Assembly: GCA_040904565.1 (NCBI GenBank)
Contig: JBBDTI010000069.1
Location: 9,804-21,235, forward strand
Direction: 5' to 3'
DNA length: 11,432 nt
Source: Rhodothermales bacterium
Lineage (GTDB): Bacteria > Bacteroidota > Rhodothermia > Rhodothermales > VXPQ01
In this document: positions 5,210 through 11,432 of the stretch, piece by piece
Numbering within the stretch: the first letter of the stretch is position 1
Layout of the letters: each line of letters opens with the position of its first letter
Program-made: the position numbers and the translations under genes
Notes under the pieces: model-generated
The model's database searches: none
Told to the model about the DNA's origin: nothing
What the model saw: the letters and a program-made list of their open reading frames with translations, nothing else

Positions 5210-7609
5210 GTGAACGCGCCGACGGACGCGCCCGGTGGCCCGACGGAAACCCCCGGTGGCCCGACCCATGACCTGACGGACACGCCCGACGACCATGCGG
5301 CCCTCTACGGAAAGGACGACACGCCGCGGATCGTCGGCATCCATCCGCTGCTGGATCGGACCGCCGAGCCGCACGCCGTCGTCCGGGTGTACCGGCGCTC
5401 CGGAGACGGACGCACCGTATCCGCCCAGGATGAGGCGTTCTACCCCTTCTTTTTTCTGGGGGATGTAGAGCATCTGCGCGGTTTCTCACGCCGCCGATTC
5501 CGATTCCAGGAGCTGAGCGGCGAGAACGCGTATCGATTCGTGGTCGTGTTTTCGACGTGGCGAGCGTATATGGAAGCGCGGCGCCACGTCGAGAGCGCGG
5601 CCGGTGAGGCGGCACGGTACGTCATCCCCAGTGCCGCCCAGCAGTACCTCGTGCAGTCGGGCCGCACCTTTTTCAAGGGCATGGCCTTCGACGAGCTCCA
5701 CCGGCTGCAGCTCGACATAGAGACCTATTCCGAGGCTGAGTTTTCGAATGCCCGGCGCCCCGCCGACCGCATCCTCCTCGTCGCGCTGAGCGACAACCGG
5801 GGGTGGTCTCATCTGGTCGACGGACGCGAGCTTTCCGAGGCAGACATGCTGCGCCGGACGGCCGAGCTCCTTCGCGAGCGGGATCCGGACGTGATCGAAG
5901 GACACAACATCCTCGGGTTCGACCTCCCTTACATTGTCGAACGCTGCCGCCGTCACGGCGTCTCGTTCGATATCGGGCGCGACGGCCGGGCGCCGCGCAC
6001 CTTTTCCTCGACCATGCGCTTCGCCGAGCGTGCGGTCGATTACACGGCGTTCGACATCGCGGGCCGGCACGTCATCGACACCTACTTCCAGGTCCTGTCC
6101 TACGACGTCGTGAAGCGGGACATGCCCTCGTACGGACTCAAAGCGGCCGCGCGCTATTTCGGGTTCGCGGCAGAGAATCGGACGTACGTCCGCGGCGACG
6201 ACATCTCCCGCATCTGGCGGGAGGATCCCGACCGGCTCGCACGGTACGCGATGGACGACGTCGTCGAGACGGAACGGCTGGCACGGCATCTTTCCGGCTC
6301 GACGTTCTATCTCACGCAGATCGTCCCGATGCCCTACGGAAGAGCCGCCCGTACCGGTCCGGCCGCGAAGATCGAATCGCTTTTCATCCGCGAATACCTG
6401 CGGCGGAAGCATTCCATCCCCCGCGGCGAGGTCGGCTCGCAGTCGACCGGCGGCTATACCGACATCCTCTTCACCGGCGTAACCGGACCCATCGTCTATG
6501 CCGACGTGGAGAGCCTCTATCCTTCCATCATGCTCCAGTACGACGTCCGGCCCGAGCAGGACGCACTGGGACTGTTTCACGACCTCCTCCAGCGCCTGAC
6601 CGACCTGCGCCTCCGCACGAAACGCGCCATGGAAGACGCGGAGACCGACGAATCACGCAGCGAGCTCGACGCGCGGCAGGGCTCCTACAAGGTCCTCATC
6701 AACTCGTTCTACGGACAGCTTGGATTCGGCCAGGCGCTGTTCAACGATTTTTCGGAGGCGGACCGCGTGGCGGAGGTCGGGCAGGAGCTGCTTCGCGCCC
6801 TCATGCGCCGCATCTGGGAGGACGGCGGCCGCGTCATAGAAGTCGACACGGACGGCGTCTTGTTCGTCCCGCCGGAGCACGTCACCGGCGAGGATGCCGA
6901 ACGCACGTACGTCGAGGCGCTCTCCGGCGCCCTTCCGGAGGGCATCCGCGTGGGATTCGAGGGCCGCTTCAGGAAGATGCTTTCCTACAAGAAGAAGAAC
7001 TACGCGCTGGTGCATTACGACGGCACGCTTACCTTCAAGGGCTCGTCGCTCGTCTCCCGATCCGTCGAACGCTTCGGCCGCCGGTTCGTGCGCCGCGCGA
7101 TCCGCATGCTGCTCGAGGACGACGTCGAAGGTCTGCACGCGCTCTATCTCGAGACCCGGCAGGCAATCGTGGACCACGATTGGAAGAGCGTGCAGAGCTT
7201 CTCCCGCACCGAGACACTGAAAGACACGGTGCGGCAGTATCGGATGGATGTGGAGCGGGGGCGCCGGCCGAAAGCGGCGGCGTACGAACTCGCCACCGCC
7301 CGCGCCGAGCGGTCGGGCCGCCCCGTGCGCAAGGGCGACCGCATCACGTACTACGTCACGGGACAGTCCCCGACCGTCACGACGTTCGAGAACTGCCGCC
7401 TCGCCGACGAATGGGATGCGGGGTCGCCGGACGAAAACACGGCGTACTACCTGAAGCGACTGGACGAGTTCGCCCGTAAGTTCGAGACGTTTTTTCTGCC
7501 GCACGACTTCCGCCTCGTCTTCTCTCCAGAGGACATGTTCGGGTTCTCGGCTCGCGACGTCGCGCTCCAATCGCACGAACGGGCTATCGAGCCGTTTCTG
7601 GGGGGCTGA
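5210..7609 (+). CDS. polB: Family B DNA polymerase with 3'-5' exonuclease domain
   Basis: ExoI LDIETYS, ExoII GHNILGFDLPYI, ExoIII YAMDDV; polymerase motif A DVESLYPSIM, motif B KVLINSFYG, motif C EVDTDG, and KKKNYA. GTG start 7 bp after the sodC stop; exact start uncertain. Confidence 0.93.
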   Translation: MNAPTDAPGGPTETPGGPTHDLTDTPDDHAALYGKDDTPRIVGIHPLLDRTAEPHAVVRVYRRSGDGRTVSAQDEAFYPFFFLGDVEHLRGFSRRRFRFQELSGENAYRFVVVFSTWRAYMEARRHVESAAGEAARYVIPSAAQQYLVQSGRTFFKGMAFDELHRLQLDIETYSEAEFSNARRPADRILLVALSDNRGWSHLVDGRELSEADMLRRTAELLRERDPDVIEGHNILGFDLPYIVERCRRHGVSFDIGRDGRAPRTFSSTMRFAERAVDYTAFDIAGRHVIDTYFQVLSYDVVKRDMPSYGLKAAARYFGFAAENRTYVRGDDISRIWREDPDRLARYAMDDVVETERLARHLSGSTFYLTQIVPMPYGRAARTGPAAKIESLFIREYLRRKHSIPRGEVGSQSTGGYTDILFTGVTGPIVYADVESLYPSIMLQYDVRPEQDALGLFHDLLQRLTDLRLRTKRAMEDAETDESRSELDARQGSYKVLINSFYGQLGFGQALFNDFSEADRVAEVGQELLRALMRRIWEDGGRVIEVDTDGVLFVPPEHVTGEDAERTYVEALSGALPEGIRVGFEGRFRKMLSYKKKNYALVHYDGTLTFKGSSLVSRSVERFGRRFVRRAIRMLLEDDVEGLHALYLETRQAIVDHDWKSVQSFSRTETLKDTVRQYRMDVERGRRPKAAAYELATARAERSGRPVRKGDRITYYVTGQSPTVTTFENCRLADEWDAGSPDENTAYYLKRLDEFARKFETFFLPHDFRLVFSPEDMFGFSARDVALQSHERAIEPFLGG
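5219..5265 (+). repeat. 21-bp in-frame tandem repeat (2 copies plus a partial third) at the polB 5' end
   Basis: ccgacggacgcgcccggtggc / ccgacggaaacccccggtggc / ccgac (18 of 21 identical), encoding PTDAPGG-PTETPGG-PT. Confidence 0.85.
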
Positions 7610-7679
7610 CGGCTCGCTGCCGTCACGGCGGCCCGGGAGGGGAGGCACCCCGGCAGGCGACAACCAACCCGTCCGAAAC

Positions 7680-7729
7680 TCGCCCCGAACCCGCGCGTTT
7701 TCGGGGCGAAGCCGGGTGGGCATCCACCC
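7680..7729. other. Two adjacent perfect hairpins upstream of speA
   Basis: TCGCCCCGAA (7680-7689) with TTCGGGGCGA (7700-7709); GGGTGG (7714-7719), GCAT loop, CCACCC (7724-7729). Confidence 0.6.
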
Positions 7730-7770
7730 TCCGCGCTCACGACGTTCTCATCCACCAGCTCCGACACGAT

Positions 7771-9861
7771 TTGGATTCCGATTCACCGGACGTTTCAACG
7801 GACCTTGACGTCTCGCCCGACGCGCCGTGGAGTCCGCGGCGCTCCTCCGACACTTATTTCGTGGAAGCCTGGAGCGACGGGTATTTCTTCGTCAACGATG
7901 CCGGGCACGTCGCCACGCGTCCCATTCGAGAGACCGACACGGAGGTCGACGTATTCGACGTCGTGCGCGAGCTCGGCAAGCGAGGGATCGCCTTTCCCGC
8001 CCTCATCCGCTTTCAGGATCTGCTGAAGTCACGCGTCGACCACCTCAACGGCGCCTTCCAGTCCGCCATCGCCGAATCGGGCTACGAAAACACCTACGAA
8101 GGCGTCTATCCCGTCAAGGTGAATCAGCTGCGGGAGGTCGTGGAGGAAATCCTGGACGCCGGCGCACCGTATCGTCACGGGCTCGAGTGCGGCTCCAAGT
8201 CGGAGCTGATCGCCACACTGCCCTACCTGGCGGATCGCGACGTGCTCCTGCTGTGCAACGGGGCCAAGGACCGGGACATGATGCGGCTCATGCTGGCTGG
8301 TCAGCGGCTCGGCAAGCGGGTCCTGCCCGTGCTGGAACGAAGCGAGGAGCTCGATCTCGCGCTCGAGGAGGCCGGCGCGGCGGAGGTGACGGTCGACGTC
8401 GGCGTGCGCGTGCGATTGACGACGCGGGGAGCCGGACTCTGGTCCGAATCGGGGGGAGAAAATTCGAAGTTCGGCCTGTCCCTCTCCGAGCTGGTCGACC
8501 TCGTCGAGCAGCTTCGTGCCGATGGCCTGCCCCTCCGAATCAAACTCCTCCACTTCCACCTCGGGAGCCAGATCGCGGACCTCGATACGCTCCGGGAAGC
8601 CGTAGAGGAGGCCGCTCGGGTGTGCGCCTGGATGCTCGAGAAGAAGGTCGGCATCGAGTACTTCGATGTGGGCGGCGGACTGGGTGTAGCCTACGAAGCC
8701 GGTAATCCGGAAGCGCTCGGGACCATCAATTACGAGCTGGATGATTACGCGCGGACCGTCGTGTCTGCGTGCAAGCGGATCTTCGACGAATCGGGCGTAC
8801 CTCATCCCATCCTGGTATCGGAAAGTGGCCGCGCCGTGACGGCTCACCATTCGATGCTCGTGGTGGAAGCCGTCGGGCGCCGTAGGAAGGATGTGGCCAC
8901 GACGGATCGGTCGCACGACGACAAGCATCCGCTCCTCGACGCGCTCCGCGATCTGTCCGGACGGTTAGATGACGAGGGCGCGGAGACCCCCGGCCACACG
9001 ATCGAGGTCCTCGATCGAATCTACAAGGAGGCTCACGCCCTGAAGGTCCGGGTGACCGACCTCTTTCGCGCCGGCGAGGTGGGCGTCGAAACGAAAGCTC
9101 GGTTCGACCGTGCGTTCTGGAATCTGTGCATCGCCATCGATCGCCGCCTCCAGGATCACGACCGGGGCCCCGGTGCGGCGGAGAGCACGCGAGGGGGCGA
9201 TGCAGCGCAAAGCGGCCGAACGTCCGCGTCCGCCGAAGCGGACGGGATGCGAGACGTGGACCGGCTTCCGGAAACGCTCCGTTCGCTGGAATACCAGCTC
9301 GTGGACCATTACCAGTGCAACTTCTCGATCTTTCGATCGATGGTCGACTACTGGGCCATCCAGCAGCGTTTCCCGATTATGCCCCTGCACCGGCTCGACG
9401 AACGACCGACCCGGCGAGGCGTTCTCGTGGATCTGACGTGCGACTCGGACGGCAAGGTCGACCGGTTCGTCTCGGCGCACGGCGACAAACGCCACCTCGA
9501 GCTGCACGAGCTCCGTCCCGACGAGCCGTATTTCCTCGGTCTGTTTCTCATGGGGGCGTACCAGGACATCATGGGGGACATGCACAATCTCTTCGGCCGC
9601 GTGACGGAGGTCCACGTGTACGCCGATGAAACCGAACCGGACAATTTCTATCTGGATGAGATCCTGCCCGGTGCCACCGTGGAGGAACAACTCGAACTCG
9701 TCCAATATCACGCGAACGACCTGGAACGCCGCATGGGAGATCTCATCCGTACCGCTGTAAGTGCCGGGCGGTTGCGCCCGCGGGAAGGCGTGCTGCTGCT
9801 CAATCAGTACCGTAGCGTATTCCGCGACATGACCTATCTGAAGACGGCGGAAGCGGATTGA
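7771..9861 (+). CDS. speA: Biosynthetic arginine decarboxylase (PLP-dependent, fold type III)
   Basis: PLP lysine motif GVYPVKVNQ, GLECGSKSEL, SGGENSKFGL, LHFHLGSQI, DVGGGLG, SESGRAVTAHHS, DLTCDSDGK and GAYQDIMGDMHNLFG. TTG start; there is no in-frame ATG before the conserved N-terminal W/Y/GYF segment. Confidence 0.96.
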   Translation: MDSDSPDVSTDLDVSPDAPWSPRRSSDTYFVEAWSDGYFFVNDAGHVATRPIRETDTEVDVFDVVRELGKRGIAFPALIRFQDLLKSRVDHLNGAFQSAIAESGYENTYEGVYPVKVNQLREVVEEILDAGAPYRHGLECGSKSELIATLPYLADRDVLLLCNGAKDRDMMRLMLAGQRLGKRVLPVLERSEELDLALEEAGAAEVTVDVGVRVRLTTRGAGLWSESGGENSKFGLSLSELVDLVEQLRADGLPLRIKLLHFHLGSQIADLDTLREAVEEAARVCAWMLEKKVGIEYFDVGGGLGVAYEAGNPEALGTINYELDDYARTVVSACKRIFDESGVPHPILVSESGRAVTAHHSMLVVEAVGRRRKDVATTDRSHDDKHPLLDALRDLSGRLDDEGAETPGHTIEVLDRIYKEAHALKVRVTDLFRAGEVGVETKARFDRAFWNLCIAIDRRLQDHDRGPGAAESTRGGDAAQSGRTSASAEADGMRDVDRLPETLRSLEYQLVDHYQCNFSIFRSMVDYWAIQQRFPIMPLHRLDERPTRRGVLVDLTCDSDGKVDRFVSAHGDKRHLELHELRPDEPYFLGLFLMGAYQDIMGDMHNLFGRVTEVHVYADETEPDNFYLDEILPGATVEEQLELVQYHANDLERRMGDLIRTAVSAGRLRPREGVLLLNQYRSVFRDMTYLKTAEAD

Positions 9862-10071
9862 CGGGCACCTTTTTCGAACGTTTTGTTAAGAGAAAGGGAC
9901 AATGTGCCGGAATCTTACGCGTCCGCTCGGGTTTAAAAAGTTAAAGACCGTGCGATCGCATCCGCTCACATTCTGCGTTCAGGGGGCGATCCACGGTCGG
10001 TCGAGCGTACCCTGACGGTGGTAGTCGGCGCTCGCGCACCGGGTTTCGGCACCTACGGACGACCTGCTGAG

Positions 10072-10329
10072 ATGATTGAGACCTTCGCACTCCTCATCGG
10101 GGCCATTCCCATCGCGGTGGGGCTTTACGCCCTGACCAGGTTCACCGGCGGCCGGGACGAAGGTCCCAGGGACGATCCTCCACCCCCTGCACCGGATCCA
10201 CCCTCCCCCGTGCTTCCTCCCCCTCCCCGGCAACACCGGCGAGATGCCACGCCGCGTGCCGGGGACCGACGTGCGCGCGCTCGACGTCACCGTACCGCCC
10301 CACATCGTCGACGTATTCACCGTTTGTAA
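10072..10329 (+). CDS. Hypothetical 85-aa membrane-anchored protein (TM helix, poly-Pro linker, Arg-rich tail)
   Basis: MIETFALLIGAIPIAVGLYALT hydrophobic segment, then DDPPPPAPDPPSPVLPPPP; the stop lies 13 bp before the macrodomain ATG. Confidence 0.6.
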   Translation: MIETFALLIGAIPIAVGLYALTRFTGGRDEGPRDDPPPPAPDPPSPVLPPPPRQHRRDATPRAGDRRARARRHRTAPHRRRIHRL

Positions 10330-10342
10330 GCCAAAAAAAGAC

Positions 10343-10936
10343 ATGGATCGACTCGAAATTGGCGACGCCGCGATCGTACTCAAGCACGGCGACATCACCG
10401 AACAGCAGGTCGACGCGATCGTGAACGCAGCGAACTCCAGCCTTCTCGGAGGCGGCGGCGTGGACGGCGCCATTCACCGCGCCGGCGGCCCTGCCATCCT
10501 CGAAGCCTGCCAGGAAATCCGCGATTCGGACTATCCTGACGGACTGCCGACCGGAGAGGCCGTCGTATCGACGGCCGGCCATCTCGATGCCGACTACGTG
10601 ATCCACGCCGTCGGCCCTCGTTACCGCGACGGACGCCATAAGGAGGAGGCGCTCCTGGCCGACGCATACTGGAATGCGTTGGAGCTCGCCGTAGAAATGG
10701 ATTGCCGGACGATCGCTTTTCCATCGATCAGCACGGGTGCTTACGGCTACCCCATACAAGAAGCCGCCGCCATCGCAACGACGATGGCGGCGGACTTTCT
10801 CTACGATCATCCGGAGGATCTTGACGAGGTTCGCTTCATTCTTTTCTCTGAAGAAGACCTCGCCGTGTATCGAGACGCGCTCGTCGCCGTCGAAGCCGAC
10901 CTCCGGGAGAGTGAGAAGCGCATACCGTCTGCCTGA
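10343..10936 (+). CDS. Macrodomain protein, O-acetyl-ADP-ribose deacetylase / ADP-ribosylhydrolase (YmdB/MacroD-like)
   Basis: GDIT, DAIVNAANSSLLGGGGVDGAIHRAGG, VIHAVGP and IAFPSISTGAYGYP. The ATG at 10343 follows an A-rich leader (ccaaaaaaagac). Confidence 0.93.
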   Translation: MDRLEIGDAAIVLKHGDITEQQVDAIVNAANSSLLGGGGVDGAIHRAGGPAILEACQEIRDSDYPDGLPTGEAVVSTAGHLDADYVIHAVGPRYRDGRHKEEALLADAYWNALELAVEMDCRTIAFPSISTGAYGYPIQEAAAIATTMAADFLYDHPEDLDEVRFILFSEEDLAVYRDALVAVEADLRESEKRIPSA

Positions 10937-10951
10937 GCGGCCTCGATCCGA

Positions 10952-11401
10952 TTACATCCGTCGGGTATTTGCGTTGACCCTTGCCTCGCGGTACTCCGTC
11001 AACACGCCGGCGACGAGACGGTGAAAGTCCGCGTCCTCCATGCCGTCAATCTCGGCGAGGTACTGCCTGGCACGGTAGGAATCGATGGATCGGAGCGCGG
11101 CAACGGCCAGACGGCGATTCGACTCGGACACGTCGGATTCGGCTACCGCGGCGATGCTGGAAACGACGCGATACAGATCCGCGCGCTCGGGATAGAGGGT
11201 GTTGAAGACGATGGCGTTTTTCAGCGTCTGATTCCGAATCATGGCGTTGGGTGATGCCAGCGACTCGACCATCTGGATCGTCACGAGCTGGCGAAACACG
11301 TCGTCACGATCGGAGACTTGTTGAACCTGCGCCGACTGCGCCTGAGCGGTGGATGCCAATCCGAAGAGCAGCGCGAAGGTGATGGAGAGCAGCGATTTCA
11401 T
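10952..11401 (-). CDS. Secreted hypothetical protein with HEAT-like helical repeats
   Basis: Sec signal MKSLLSITFALLFGLASTAQA (AxA cleavage); Shine-Dalgarno GAGGTG 5 nt upstream; helical segments SLASPNAMIRNQTL and SESNRRLAVAALRSI resemble HEAT repeats. Confidence 0.8.
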   Translation of the reverse strand: MKSLLSITFALLFGLASTAQAQSAQVQQVSDRDDVFRQLVTIQMVESLASPNAMIRNQTLKNAIVFNTLYPERADLYRVVSSIAAVAESDVSESNRRLAVAALRSIDSYRARQYLAEIDGMEDADFHRLVAGVLTEYREARVNANTRRM

Positions 11402-11432
11402 GGGGACACCTCGTGAAATAAGTAGTGGCGTG

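Noticed and set aside
5803-7479. 558-aa alternative-frame ORF inside polB (also 7827-8705 inside speA)
   Set aside because: Arg/Gly/Pro-rich composition typical of out-of-frame reading of GC3-biased genes.
5210-7609. polB as a marker of a prophage, casposon or pipolin
   Set aside because: Flanked by housekeeping genes of similar GC content; no integrase, Cas1, terminal repeats or structural genes.
7624-7640. CACGGCGGCCCGGGAGG resembles the 3' end of the ykkC/guanidine-I riboswitch, upstream of an agmatine-producing gene
   Set aside because: The central GGAYAAAAG loop and the 5' CUAGGGUUCCG element are absent; the downstream twin hairpins also lack the ACGR loops of guanidine-II.
9960-9970. 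ATCCGCTCACA matches part of the lac operator
   Set aside because: Only a partial match, with no symmetric partner and no LacI or vector context; likely chance.
10244-10342. Longer start for the macrodomain ORF
   Set aside because: Overlaps the upstream small ORF; the domain begins just after the ATG at 10343, which has an A-rich leader.

Overview
High-GC bacterial chromosomal segment of housekeeping and stress genes, with no mobile element, CRISPR array, rRNA or tRNA visible. The gene content, GC level and several leaders lacking a Shine-Dalgarno sequence tentatively suggest a Rhodothermota-like organism (inference). In order, the window holds: NADP-dependent isocitrate dehydrogenase (+); a DUF3524/GT-B glycosyltransferase closely resembling eukaryotic GTDC1/QTMAN tRNA-queuosine mannosyltransferase (-), preceded by an 80-aa hypothetical gene (-); ComF (+); an orphan CcmA-like ABC ATPase (-); a lipoprotein Cu/Zn superoxide dismutase, a family-B DNA polymerase and biosynthetic arginine decarboxylase (all +); a small TM/poly-Pro/Arg-rich protein and a MacroD-type macrodomain protein (+); and a secreted HEAT-like protein (-). 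The most interesting points are the bacterial QTMAN-like two-gene unit with its 17-bp tandem-repeat/mini-ORF junction, the tight sodC-polB coupling behind a perfect 18-bp palindrome, and several strongly structured intergenic regions. All calls come from motif recognition by eye; no searches were run.
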